Below are positions 1 through 9,606 of a stretch of 64,000 nt of DNA, one piece after another (the first letter of the stretch is position 1; each line of letters starts with the position of its first letter). The notes under the pieces were generated by a model. The model did not search any database, was not told where the DNA came from, and saw only the letters and a program-made list of their open reading frames with translations. The stretch lies in assembly GCA_965217865.1 (NCBI GenBank), contig CBDCJO010000002.1, positions 5,024,001 to 5,088,000 on the forward strand, read 5' to 3'. The stretch is from Candidatus Latescibacterota bacterium (GTDB taxonomy: Bacteria; Latescibacterota; UBA2968; SICM01). Position numbers and translations under genes: made by a program.

Positions 1-425
1 TCCCGATCGGGAACGTGGGGACTGGGCCGCTCAACATCCTGGATATCACGTCGGGCAGCCCACAGGTTACGGTTTCGCAGACGAGTCTGATCATCTCTCC
101 CGGGGAGTCCCGATCCGTTACGGTTACTTACCGTCCGCAGACGAATCAGGCGCGATCGGGGAGCATCCGGATTACATCGAACGACTCCACGGTCATCGTT
201 CCCTGGATCGCAAAGGAACCTCTTGTAAAGATTGCTGATTTGACCGGGGACTTCGATGTGGATGGGGATGTGGATTTCGATGATTTCTTCCTTTTTGCCG
301 GGGTTTTCGGATCGCAAAGAGAAGATCCGGGTTTTGATTCCAGGTATGACCTGGACGACAGCGGGGGTGTCGGGTTTGACGACTTTTTCATTTTCGCCGC
401 TAATTTTGGGAGGGAGGAAAGTTAA
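1..425 (+). CDS. C-terminal part of a secreted protein: Ig-like (ASH/choice-of-anchor D-like) domain plus paired dockerin-like EF-hand repeats; 5' end outside the window
   Basis: Frame is open from the window start. NVGTGPLNI...ISPGESRSVTVTY...ITSND is Ig-like; it is followed by GDFDVDGDVDFDDFFLFA and DLDDSGGVGFDDFFIFA. Confidence 0.75.
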   Translation, partial: PIGNVGTGPLNILDITSGSPQVTVSQTSLIISPGESRSVTVTYRPQTNQARSGSIRITSNDSTVIVPWIAKEPLVKIADLTGDFDVDGDVDFDDFFLFAGVFGSQREDPGFDSRYDLDDSGGVGFDDFFIFAANFGREES

Positions 426-481
426 AAGCAGGCGGTTTAATTTCATGGCATACCGGCCATAATGACTGAGACCTTTTTCGC

Positions 482-510
482 TTGACGGCCCCTCCACGAT
501 TCTCTAACAT
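482..510 (+). promoter_or_regulatory. sigma70-type promoter for the GAF-PP2C gene
   Basis: TTGACG-N17-TAACAT. Confidence 0.5.
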
Positions 511-566
511 GAGGCGGAATTCGGAATCAGAAAAACGGGAGTACCATAGACAGAGGGAAAATAAGG

Positions 567-2093
567 GTGGCACGCACGGACCAAGACAAAACGAAACACG
601 GACCGGCTCCGGGCTCGATACGTCGAAAGACTCCCGACAGGCGAACCGAGGATTCCTTCACTATTGGGGGGTTCCAAGATCTCCTTCGTCCGGCGGAAGA
701 CCTGAGCTGGCTGAAGGAGATGATCGACAGCCAGCGCAATGCCCCGAAATCGAACGAACGGGGACTTCGGTGGGTGGTCTACGAGGATCAGGAAAAGGGA
801 GAACGGAGGTTCATGCGCGACCGCCGCCGGCTGGAAGATCGGAGAAGGCGGGGTTCTGCGATGTCGGCGCTGCTGAACGCCGGGATGTTGATCAACTCCT
901 CTCTTGAGTTCGACCAGGTGATCGCATCGGCCATCGAGGCCTTGTCTCCCGTCACGAGTGCAGAAGCGGGTTCGTTGATTCTCATCGACAAAGAGACCGA
1001 CGAACTCGTCATCGCCGAGGCGACCGGGCAGAAATCCGAAAGGGTTCGGGGTCTTCGTTTCAGAAAAGGACACGGGATTGCCGGTTGGGTCGCGGAAAAC
1101 GACCAGCCGCTAATCGTGCACGACGTACGAAGTGACCCCCGGTGGTTCGAGGGGATCGACCTCACTTCCGACTTCGAGACCTTTTCGATCATCTGCGTTC
1201 CGCTTCGAGCCCGTGAACGCCTCCTGGGCGTGGTGGAACTTTTGAATAAAAAGGGGGGCCAGAGGTTTGACGAATGGGACCTGAACATCCTTCAGGTTTT
1301 CGCGAACCAGGTGGGCATTGCGATCGATAACGCCCGACTCCATCAGGAAGCCCTTGAACAGAGACGCATCGAGACGGAGCTTTCTATGGCCAAACGTATC
1401 CAGGAAGGGCTTCTTCCCGAAACCCTGCCACAGCCAGAGGGGTTCCAGATGTCAGGGATGAGCGTGGCCTGCGAAGAGGTCGCCGGGGATTACTTCGACG
1501 CCATACCCCTGAAGGACGGGTGCATCGGCCTTGCGATCGCAGACGTGTCGGGAAAGGGGGTCCCGGCCGCGCTTTTGATGTCATCCCTCCGGACGGCCCT
1601 CCACGCCGAAGCACAAAGCGGCAATTCCCTTCCCGAGGTCCTTAACAAGGTCAGTGGGCTTCTTTACCGGGAGGGTTCGGGTATGTTTGCAACCTGCGTC
1701 TATTCGGTATTCGATCCCAAATCTTGCAAGCTGCGGATCGCTAATGCCGGACATAATTTCCCGCTCTTATTCCGGTCGGATGGCTCCTGCGAAAAACTGC
1801 CGAGTACAAGTTTTCCCCTGGGCCTTCTGCCCGAGGGGGTGAAATCGGTGAAGGACCAGGAGACGCCCCTGCATCCCGGGGATGTCCTGGTTTTTTTCAC
1901 CGATGGGGTCCTGGAGGCGTCGCGCGAGGACATGGAGCAGTTCGGGGAAGAACGCTTGGAGGAGCTGATCTCCAACAGCAGGGAACTCTCGGCCGACGAC
2001 CTCCGGAATCGGATTTACGAAGAGGTTCTGGACTTCATTGGAGATGCTCACCGGTCGGACGACATCACGTTGATGGTCCTGAAAGCGCTTTGA
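567..2093 (+). CDS. GAF domain plus SpoIIE/PP2C phosphatase (RsbU-like)
   Basis: GAF motifs (GHGIAGWVAE, SIICVPL, LLNKKGG, AIDNARL) and PP2C motifs (VAGDYFD, IADVSGKG, FFTDGV, DDITL). Confidence 0.9.
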   Translation: MARTDQDKTKHGPAPGSIRRKTPDRRTEDSFTIGGFQDLLRPAEDLSWLKEMIDSQRNAPKSNERGLRWVVYEDQEKGERRFMRDRRRLEDRRRRGSAMSALLNAGMLINSSLEFDQVIASAIEALSPVTSAEAGSLILIDKETDELVIAEATGQKSERVRGLRFRKGHGIAGWVAENDQPLIVHDVRSDPRWFEGIDLTSDFETFSIICVPLRARERLLGVVELLNKKGGQRFDEWDLNILQVFANQVGIAIDNARLHQEALEQRRIETELSMAKRIQEGLLPETLPQPEGFQMSGMSVACEEVAGDYFDAIPLKDGCIGLAIADVSGKGVPAALLMSSLRTALHAEAQSGNSLPEVLNKVSGLLYREGSGMFATCVYSVFDPKSCKLRIANAGHNFPLLFRSDGSCEKLPSTSFPLGLLPEGVKSVKDQETPLHPGDVLVFFTDGVLEASREDMEQFGEERLEELISNSRELSADDLRNRIYEEVLDFIGDAHRSDDITLMVLKAL

Positions 2094-2117
2094 GCCGGCG
2101 TATCACGGAATGCATAC

Positions 2118-2154
2118 AAAAAGGCCGACTGTCGCGTGTAACAGTCGGCCTTTT
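2118..2154. terminator. Bidirectional intrinsic terminator
   Basis: AAAAGGCCGACTGT-8nt-ACAGTCGGCCTTTT perfect stem with A/T tails on both sides. Confidence 0.85.
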
Positions 2155-2160
2155 ATGCCC

Positions 2161-2490
2161 TTGCCGGTAGGCAGCTGACCACAAAGTCCCCCCTCGATAG
2201 CCAGGGGGGTGGTGTGGCATCCCTGCTCTGCCCAAGACTTCCTTGTAGTGTTCCGTACATGGGGGCTGGTCGGAGAGACTTCCTCCCAGCGCCGCAGGGC
2301 AACAGGTTTGGCTATCGGGTCCAGGTTGGGTCCGGTGACCCGTTTTACTTCATCGGCAAATTTGAATGAGGCTTTAGTGTTTCTTTTCTAAGGGTTTGGA
2401 CTCTAGGAGCTGCTTTGCTTGCCCCATCAAGCGTCCCTAGAGTCGATTCCGTCCGTAAGGATGAAGCTGAAAGACAGGCCGCGATTCCTT
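2161..2490 (-). ncRNA. Candidate structured non-coding RNA, family not recognised
   Basis: About eight stems plus an 8-nt loop complementary to a distal segment. No credible ORF. Terminator lies directly downstream on the minus strand. Strand is inferred. Confidence 0.45.
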
Positions 2491-2497
2491 TAAGTAA

Positions 2498-3205
2498 ATG
2501 AATTACAATAACATGAGTGTGTTCGGGAAAATTAGGCGATGGTTTGAAAATGACCGATTCTTCGTCACAAGAAGGGTTCGAAGGCTTCGGATCCGATTCA
2601 AAATCGGTCTTTCAGCAACGATTTTTCTTGTAGGATGGTCCCTTGCTCCAATCTGGCTTCCGTTGGTCGCAGATCCGCTTGTTGCGGACTATGCCGGAAT
2701 GGTGACCGAAGCTGTGGTCGTAGAAGGATGGTTTGCTCTAGATATCAGGAAGGCCGAAGAGACTTCGCGTATCTACAACGGTCAACGGGTCTATGTCGTC
2801 GTGAATGAAAACGACGAGGATATCTACGGATTCGGACTGGATCGGCTCGGACAGTCCAAAACCAACCTTTTTCGTGCAGGGATCGATACGTCGAAGGCCT
2901 TCATGGTCCTGATTCCCGAAAGATCCAAGTCACCAGGTTACACCGCATTTAATGCGGACCGGGTGAGGGAGCGGCTTCTTCAGGATGGGATCCGGAGCTT
3001 CACCCTTGTCACAGATTCATTCCACAGCCAAAGATCAAGCCTGATTTACAATCGGGTCTTTAAGGGAACCGGGATCGTCCTGGACTGTTATCCCTCCCCC
3101 CAGGAATTCGATCGCACCAATTGGTGGCGTTATTCATCGGGAATTCAGTACCTGGTCAGGGAGTATTTAAAGTTGTGTTACTACCTGTTTCGAGGTTTTA
3201 ACTAA
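2498..3205 (+). CDS. YdcF/DUF218 (ElyC/SanA-like) membrane-anchored protein
   Basis: N-terminal TM segment, LVTDSFHSQRS motif, C-terminal WW...REYLKL; start codon uncertain. Confidence 0.75.
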   Translation: MNYNNMSVFGKIRRWFENDRFFVTRRVRRLRIRFKIGLSATIFLVGWSLAPIWLPLVADPLVADYAGMVTEAVVVEGWFALDIRKAEETSRIYNGQRVYVVVNENDEDIYGFGLDRLGQSKTNLFRAGIDTSKAFMVLIPERSKSPGYTAFNADRVRERLLQDGIRSFTLVTDSFHSQRSSLIYNRVFKGTGIVLDCYPSPQEFDRTNWWRYSSGIQYLVREYLKLCYYLFRGFN

Positions 3206-3263
3206 AGGGGTTGGGTACCTCCGGATTTCAGCCGGGATGGGTCCGGGAACTGTGGACCGATAT

Positions 3264-4655
3264 ATGGCATCTCAGGACCTTCATTTCCTGACCATCGCAG
3301 AGCTAGTGCCTTTGTTTCGGCGGGGAGAGGTTTCTCCCGTGGAGCTGACCGAGGCGGTCCTTGAACGAATCGATCGCCTGGACGGAGAACTGCGGTCCTA
3401 TATCACCGTGACCGAAGACCGGGCTCGCGTGGACGCAAAGAGCGCTGAGATCGCCCTCAGGGAGGGGAACGACCTCGGACCGCTTCACGGCATCCCCGTG
3501 GCATTGAAGGACCTTTGTGATACGGCTGGAATTCGGACGACTTCGGGGTCGAAGATCAGGGAGAACTTCGTCCCGACCACATCATCCGCTGTGGCCACGA
3601 AGCTCGCCCGGGCAGGGGCCGTGCTCCTGGGGAAGACGAATTTGGTCGAGTTCGCTTTCGGCCCTTATGGTCTGAACCCGCATTACGGCACACCGGCCAA
3701 CCCGTGGGATTTGGAGCGGGCTCCCGGGGGTTCGAGCAGCGGGTCGGGTGTCTCGGTCTCCACGGGCCTGGCCACTGCGGCCATTGGGACCGATACCGGG
3801 GGATCGGTACGGATTCCGTCGGCATTTTGCGGGATCGTCGGCTTGAAACCGACGGTTGGACGGGTGAGTACCGCCGGGATTACCCCCCTGAGCCGGACCC
3901 TGGACAGTGTCGGGCCGATGACAAGGTGCGTGGAAGACGCGGCCCTGGTCTACACGACGATCGCAGGACTGGATGGGGAGGAACCGGCACCTCAGTCCAG
4001 GGAGGGTGCGGAGGTCTTGAGGTCGTTGAAACGGGACGTGAAGGGGATGCGGACGGGCGTGGTACGGTCCCCCTTTTTTCAAAACGCTGAGGCCGATGTC
4101 GTGGCTTTGGTGGACCGCGCCGTTAAAGTCCTTGACGGCCTCGGCGTCCGAGTCGATGAGTTGGATTGGCCGGAGGCGGAATCGGTCGTGGAACAAGGGG
4201 AGGGTCTCCTGATCATGAAGGCGGAGGGTTTTGCGTTTCACCGTGAGAGCCTTGCCGGACAGCCTCAGGCCTTCGATCCGCGGGTCCGGGTCCGTCTTGA
4301 AGAAGGCGCAAAGATCCCCGCCCCGGACTATGTGCTGGCCCTGGAGCGACAGGCCAAGTTGAAAAGGTCTACTCAGCGTAGGCTCGAAGACTTGGACGCT
4401 GTTGTGGGGCCGACAGTGATCACACAAGCCCCGAGGGTCGGTGAAATTAGGGATGGACAACCGCCCAAGTTGACAACCCGGGTGGTGAACGTCCTGGGAC
4501 TCTGTTCGATTTCCGTTCCTTGCGGACTCACTCCGGAGGGGATGCCGGTGGGGCTCCAAATTATCGGAAAATCCTTCGACGAAAGTAAGATCCTCCGCCT
4601 GGCCTATGCCTATGAGCAGTCAACAGATTGGCACGTGCGTCATCCAATGCTATAA
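3264..4655 (+). CDS. Amidase signature family protein (GatA-like)
   Basis: GPLHGIPVALKD, PGGSSSGS, GTDTGGSVRIPS (Ser-cisSer-Lys triad motifs). Confidence 0.9.
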   Translation: MASQDLHFLTIAELVPLFRRGEVSPVELTEAVLERIDRLDGELRSYITVTEDRARVDAKSAEIALREGNDLGPLHGIPVALKDLCDTAGIRTTSGSKIRENFVPTTSSAVATKLARAGAVLLGKTNLVEFAFGPYGLNPHYGTPANPWDLERAPGGSSSGSGVSVSTGLATAAIGTDTGGSVRIPSAFCGIVGLKPTVGRVSTAGITPLSRTLDSVGPMTRCVEDAALVYTTIAGLDGEEPAPQSREGAEVLRSLKRDVKGMRTGVVRSPFFQNAEADVVALVDRAVKVLDGLGVRVDELDWPEAESVVEQGEGLLIMKAEGFAFHRESLAGQPQAFDPRVRVRLEEGAKIPAPDYVLALERQAKLKRSTQRRLEDLDAVVGPTVITQAPRVGEIRDGQPPKLTTRVVNVLGLCSISVPCGLTPEGMPVGLQIIGKSFDESKILRLAYAYEQSTDWHVRHPML

Positions 4656-4690
4656 TAATGAGGCATACAATCTGAACGATTGAGACTCGA

Positions 4691-5389
4691 ATGCTTTCTT
4701 TCATTTTCAAAGGAAGCCGGGATCGGGAGCAAACGGGAGGTGACGATCCACGTTTCCTAAAACAGCGTCAAATGATGGCTGAATCCCAGATATCCAGCCG
4801 CGGGATTTCGGATTCACGGGTGCTCAATGCCATGCGATCGGTCCCTCGCCACCTTTTCGTGCCGGAACATCTTCGCGATCAGGCTTATGACGACGGGGCC
4901 CTGCCGATTGGAGAAGGACAGACCATTTCCCAGCCGTATATCGTCGCGATTATGACTTCCCTCCTGGCCTTGAGAGGGCATGAGCGGGTTCTGGAAGTCG
5001 GAAGCGGATCGGGTTATCAGACGGCTATCCTTTCAATATTGGCCGGACAGGTTTACTCGATCGAGATTTTGGAAGAACTCTACCTCCGAGGAAAAAGATT
5101 ATTGGCTTCTCTGGGACACGAAAATGTCACGTTACGGAACGGGGATGGCTACTGGGGATGGGTTGAATACGCCCCCTTTGACGGCATCATCATCACAGCG
5201 GCTCCCGTCCAGGTGCCATATATCCTGCTGGATCAGTTGAAAGTAGGAGGCCGTCTTGTGGTTCCAGTTGGGGAAGCGGATCAGGAGCTTATGAAAGTCG
5301 TGAAGAAAGAGGACGGCGTTCATGAGGAAAAAGTGCTTCCCGTAAGATTCGTGCCGATGACAGGGGAAGTGAGGAAACGAGAGGGCTGA
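4691..5389 (+). CDS. pcm: Protein-L-isoaspartate O-methyltransferase
   Basis: VPRHLFV, GQTISQPY, VLEVGSGSGY, APFDGIIITAA, VRFVPM. Confidence 0.95.
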   Translation: MLSFIFKGSRDREQTGGDDPRFLKQRQMMAESQISSRGISDSRVLNAMRSVPRHLFVPEHLRDQAYDDGALPIGEGQTISQPYIVAIMTSLLALRGHERVLEVGSGSGYQTAILSILAGQVYSIEILEELYLRGKRLLASLGHENVTLRNGDGYWGWVEYAPFDGIIITAAPVQVPYILLDQLKVGGRLVVPVGEADQELMKVVKKEDGVHEEKVLPVRFVPMTGEVRKREG

Positions 5390-5414
5390 TGCCCGACTGC
5401 CCAGCCACTCCAGG

Positions 5415-5440
5415 GAATACAGAAGACAGAATACAGAAGA
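5415..5440. repeat. Short heptamer tandem array GAA(T/G)ACA
   Basis: GAATACA GAAGACA GAATACA GAAGA in the pcm-lptG intergenic region. Confidence 0.6.
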
Positions 5441-5495
5441 AGATCGAAATCAAGTGCTTTACTTCTAAATCCTCTATTCTTCGCGTGCCCTTCTT

Positions 5496-6566
5496 ATGCG
5501 CATTCTGAGTCGCTACATCATCCGGCGCTACGTTGTCAACCTGAGCATGGCCTTGACAGCCCTTGTCGCTATCTTCCTGGTGGTGGACTTGACCGACCGA
5601 TTGAGCGAATTTCTGGACCGCGACTTTGATACCCGAACCATTTTCGGTTTCTATCTATTTTATATTCCCTATATCATCATCCTCACACTCCCGATGGCCT
5701 CCCTCCTGTCCTGTCTGTTCGCGGTTGGAGATCTTTCCCGGCACCGGGAGTTAACTGCCATGAAGGCCGCGGGTGTTAGTTTGGGTCGCATCCTGGCACC
5801 TCTGTTCGGCGCGGCTTTCGTCCTGACCCTGATTGCCCTATTATTCAGCGACCTGGTTGTCCCCGGTGCCAACAGGCGCAGAGCGGAGATTGATCGCGGC
5901 GGTGCCCTGGAGATCCCTTTTTTCACCGTGAGGGAGAATCTTGTGTTGCTGGATGTGGACGGGCAAACCCTTTCGATCGGCCGGTATGAGGTGGGGACAA
6001 AGATCGGTCATGTTGTTATCCTGGATCGGTTCGAAGGCGAACGGCTTCAGAGCAGGATCACCGCCCGAACGATGCGCTGGGACGGCTACAGGTGGGAGTG
6101 GCAGGATGGAATCGACCGGGAGTTTGTGGGGGAGAGGGAAATGACCAGGCCGTTCGTGTCAAAGTTCCCCGAAGGGCTTACCCTACGCCCTGAAGACATC
6201 GAAAGGCCAAATCGCAAACCGGAGGAGATGAGCTACTCCGAACTCAGCAGACACATCGATCGAAGGGTCCTCAAAGGCATACAGGTCCGCAAGGAACGGG
6301 TCGAACTGAATCTCAAGCTGGCCTTTCCTTTTGCCCCCCTGGTCATGGTCCTGTTCGGTGCCCCGCTCATCTCTTCCCAATCCCATTCCGGCCGATGGGC
6401 GATCTTTGGAATCTGTCTGCTCCTCTCTTTCATCTATTATGGGGGAATTCGTGGGTGCCAGGCCATCGGTTGGAACGGTCTCCTTTCACCGGCCTTGTCG
6501 GCCTGGCTACCAAATGGGGTGTTCATCGGTGCCGGAGCCTTCCTTTTCAAAAGAGCGCATAAGTGA
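5496..6566 (+). CDS. lptG: LptF/LptG family LPS export permease (LptG-like)
   Basis: MRILSRYI start, ELTAMKAAGVS, 3+3 TM layout around a periplasmic beta domain, PEEMSYSEL, AWLPN. Confidence 0.8.
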   Translation: MRILSRYIIRRYVVNLSMALTALVAIFLVVDLTDRLSEFLDRDFDTRTIFGFYLFYIPYIIILTLPMASLLSCLFAVGDLSRHRELTAMKAAGVSLGRILAPLFGAAFVLTLIALLFSDLVVPGANRRRAEIDRGGALEIPFFTVRENLVLLDVDGQTLSIGRYEVGTKIGHVVILDRFEGERLQSRITARTMRWDGYRWEWQDGIDREFVGEREMTRPFVSKFPEGLTLRPEDIERPNRKPEEMSYSELSRHIDRRVLKGIQVRKERVELNLKLAFPFAPLVMVLFGAPLISSQSHSGRWAIFGICLLLSFIYYGGIRGCQAIGWNGLLSPALSAWLPNGVFIGAGAFLFKRAHK

Positions 6567-6612
6567 CGAGGAAATCCGTTCTACGGGGAGGATCCTGCGA
6601 GGGGAAAAGGAG

Positions 6613-8092
6613 ATGGATAAGGGAGACCTGAAATTCCTGGCTTTCGACCTCGGTGCGGAAAGCGGCCGAGGCGTGATCGGAGGATTTGATGGGAAGCGGC
6701 TCTCTCTCGAGGAGGTCCACCGTTTTTCGAACGGGGCGGTCCACCTCCCGGACGGCCTTCACTGGGATGTCTTGAGGCTGTTTGAGGAGATCAAACGAGG
6801 GATCGGATTATGCGTGAAACGTCACGGCCGGGGAATTTCCGCGATGGGGATCGACACGTGGGGGGTTGATTTCGCGTTGTTGGACTGCAGGGATGCATTG
6901 CTCGGGAACCCGCATCATTACCGAGACCCCCGGACGGATGGGATGCTCGAGGAGGCCTTTAAACGGGTTCCGAAACGGAAAATATTCGAAATGACCGGCA
7001 TCCAGTTTATGAAGGTCAACACGCTCTACCAGCTCGTCGCCATGTCCCTGGAGAAATCCCCGCTGCTCGAAGTTGCAGCTTCGCTGTTGACGATTCCGGA
7101 CCTGTTCAATTTCTGGTTGACCGGGCGTAAGGTCTGCGAGTTCACGAATGCCACCACAACCCAATTCTACGATCCGAGGCAGCGTGACTGGGCGCGGGAG
7201 CTTTTCAACCGCATGGCTTTGCCGACACGTATCCTCCAGCAGGTCGTCCAACCGGGAACCGTTCTCGGGCCCATCCTCCAAAAGGTGGGGGAGGAGACGG
7301 GAATGGGCGAAGTAACGGTCGTCGCCCCCGCCTGCCACGACACGGGTTCCGCCGTTGCGGCGGTACCGGCCGAAGTGAAGGATTATGTGTACATCAGTTC
7401 AGGGACATGGTCCATTTTGGGGGTCGAAGTCCCCGAACCCATCATTAGCGAGGCCGCTCTTGAATATAATTTCACGAATGAGGGGGGCGTTGGGGGAACT
7501 TTTCGCTTCCTGAAGAATATCATGGGGCTCTGGCTCGTTCAGGAGTGCCGCCGGGAATGGGGTCGCGGAGGGAGCGACTTGAGTTACGATGACCTAACGC
7601 GAACGGCCTCGGAAGCTTCTGCTTTCGGCCCCGTGGTCGAACCCGATGACGACAGCTTCATTGGGATGGGGGATATGCCGGGGAGGATCGTGAAGTTTTG
7701 TTCGAAGACGGGCCAGAAGCCTCCGGAAGGCGTGGGCGGAATCGTGAGGTGCGCCCTTGAGAGTCTGGCCTTGAAATATCGATATGTGCTGGAGCGCCTT
7801 GAGGAGATTCTGCAGAGAAGACTGGAGGTCATTCATGTCGTGGGGGGGGGGAGGAAAAAACCGCCTTTTATGCCAGCTCACGGCAGATGTGACCGGGAGG
7901 CCTGTGTTGACAGGTCCGGTGGAGGCCACGGCGATCGGGAATATCCTTGTTCAGGCCATGGCGACCGGCCACCTCGACTCTCTTGCCGACGCTCGATCCG
8001 TCGTCAGGCGATCGTTTGATGTTGAAACTTATGAGCCTAAAAGGGATGAGCGGTGGGACGAGACCTACGAACGGTTTGTTCAGTTGTTGTAG
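6613..8092 (+). pseudogene. rhaB: Rhamnulokinase (FGGY kinase) split by a +1 frameshift
   Basis: AFDLGAESGR, GIDTWGVDF, HDTGSAV, ISSGTWS, NIMGLW. Frame breaks at G10-AGG-A6 (7842-7860); removing one G or one A restores VGGGxKNRLLCQLTAD...GPVEATAIGN. Confidence 0.85.
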
Positions 8093-8230
8093 ACCCGAGG
8101 AGTGACAAACTTCGGCTCGATGATCCTTCCGAACAACAAAACCCTCCCGGAACGAAGAAAGGCGGAAAGCCTAGCAGCAACCCTTGAATCAGGCGCCAGA
8201 TGGTTTTCCGCCTTTTTGATGTTCGTCAGC

Positions 8231-9463
8231 CTACGCCCTTTTCCGTTTCATCGCCTGAAAATCGGTGAACTTCCCTTCGATGATTTCCTGTGTAATCAGG
8301 AATTCCTTGATGTTGGATTTGGAGGGGATTTCGAACATAAGGTCGACCATGATATTTTCCAGGACGGATCGAAGCCCTCGCGCACCGGTCCCTTTTTTTA
8401 TGGCGAGTTCCACGACCTTGTTTAGGGCATCGGGTGTAAATTCCAGCTTGACATCATCCATTTCAAAAAGCCTCTGGTACTGTTTGGTTGTGGCATTCCG
8501 CGGCTTCGTCAGGATGTCCATCATGGCCTGCGTATCCAGGTCATCCATGGTGCTTACGATTGGAAGCCGGCCCACCATTTCGGGAATCAATCCATAATGG
8601 ATGAGGTCGTCGGGTTGAATGTGAACGAGAATCTCCCCCACTTTTCCGTCGGCCGATTTTTCGACTTCGGCCCCGAACCCGATCGATTTCTTCCCGATTC
8701 GATTTTTAATAATATCCTCGATGCCCTCGAAGGCCCCACCGCATATGAAGAGGATATTCTTGGTGTTTATCTGGACGAGGGGCTGTTCCGGATGCTTCCT
8801 TCCGCCCTTGGGGGGGACACCTGATGTGGTACCTTCAAGGATTTTGAGCAGTTCCTGTTGCACACCCTCCCCCGATACGTCGCGGGTAATCGATGGGGTG
8901 CTGGACTTGCGGGATATCTTATCGATCTCATCGATATAAATAATCCCCCGCTCGGACTTGGAAACGTCGTAGTCGGCGGCATGGAGAAGCCTTACGAGGA
9001 TGTTCTCAACGTCTTCCCCGACATAGCCGGCCTCGGTGAGGACGGTGGCATCGACGATCGTAAAGGGAAGTTGAAGGATTCTGGCGAGGGTCTCCGCAAG
9101 GAAGGTCTTCCCGGTGCCGGTGGGTCCCACCAGGAGGATGTTGCTCTTGGTCAGCTCAACATCGTTGTCGACAACTTGAATCCGTTTGTAATGGTTGTAG
9201 ACGGCAACAGCCAGTGTCCTCTTCGCCCGTTCCTGACCGATGACGTGTTCATCAAGCCGCTTCTTGATTTCAATCGGCTTCAGAAGGGCACCCGTCTGGG
9301 GGAGGGTTCGTTCCCGCTTGTCTTCGACGAGGATGTCGTTGCAGAGCCGGACGCATTCATTGCAAATGTGAACGTATGGTCCGGTGATTATTTTTTCGAC
9401 TTGGCCGGGACCCTTTCCGCAGAATGAACATTTAGGCTCTATGCGCGATCGGCCTTTGAGCAT
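8231..9463 (-). CDS. clpX: ATP-dependent Clp protease ATP-binding subunit
   Basis: CSFCGK...ICNECV zinc finger, [24 protein letters not shown] loop, GARGLR. Confidence 0.97.
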   Translation of the reverse strand: MLKGRSRIEPKCSFCGKGPGQVEKIITGPYVHICNECVRLCNDILVEDKRERTLPQTGALLKPIEIKKRLDEHVIGQERAKRTLAVAVYNHYKRIQVVDNDVELTKSNILLVGPTGTGKTFLAETLARILQLPFTIVDATVLTEAGYVGEDVENILVRLLHAADYDVSKSERGIIYIDEIDKISRKSSTPSITRDVSGEGVQQELLKILEGTTSGVPPKGGRKHPEQPLVQINTKNILFICGGAFEGIEDIIKNRIGKKSIGFGAEVEKSADGKVGEILVHIQPDDLIHYGLIPEMVGRLPIVSTMDDLDTQAMMDILTKPRNATTKQYQRLFEMDDVKLEFTPDALNKVVELAIKKGTGARGLRSVLENIMVDLMFEIPSKSNIKEFLITQEIIEGKFTDFQAMKRKRA

Positions 9464-9606
9464 TCAGGTTGTCCTCGCTAAAATTGTGACTCTGGAAGAA
9501 GCCTCGTTATAACTTAAACGGTCGGGTAGCGCCGGGGTTCCGGCGCAGATCTATGGAAAATGATAAATGAAACAAGAACCCGGAGTCAAGCAGAATTTAA
9601 TTTCCC

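Noticed and set aside
2208-2306. Scattered resemblance to M-box riboswitch or RNase P words (GGTGTGGC, CTGCCCAAGA, AAAGTCC)
   Set aside because: The order, spacing and pairing do not fit either family.
2209-2391. 60-aa ORF ending ANLNEALVFLF, reminiscent of a tmRNA tag
   Set aside because: No tRNA-like ends (GGGG...TTCGA...CCACCA) and the peptide does not end in AA; it is probably a chance ORF over the structured region.
3582-4559. Long antisense ORFs (also 34623-35642, 41712-42722, 27635-28420 and others)
   Set aside because: Shadows of well-supported genes on the opposite strand in GC-rich DNA, with no motifs.
8158-8214. Inverted repeat AAAGGCGGAAA/TTTCCGCCTTT between convergent rhaB and clpX
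   Set aside because: Possibly a terminator, but the ~30-nt loop is atypical, so it was not called.
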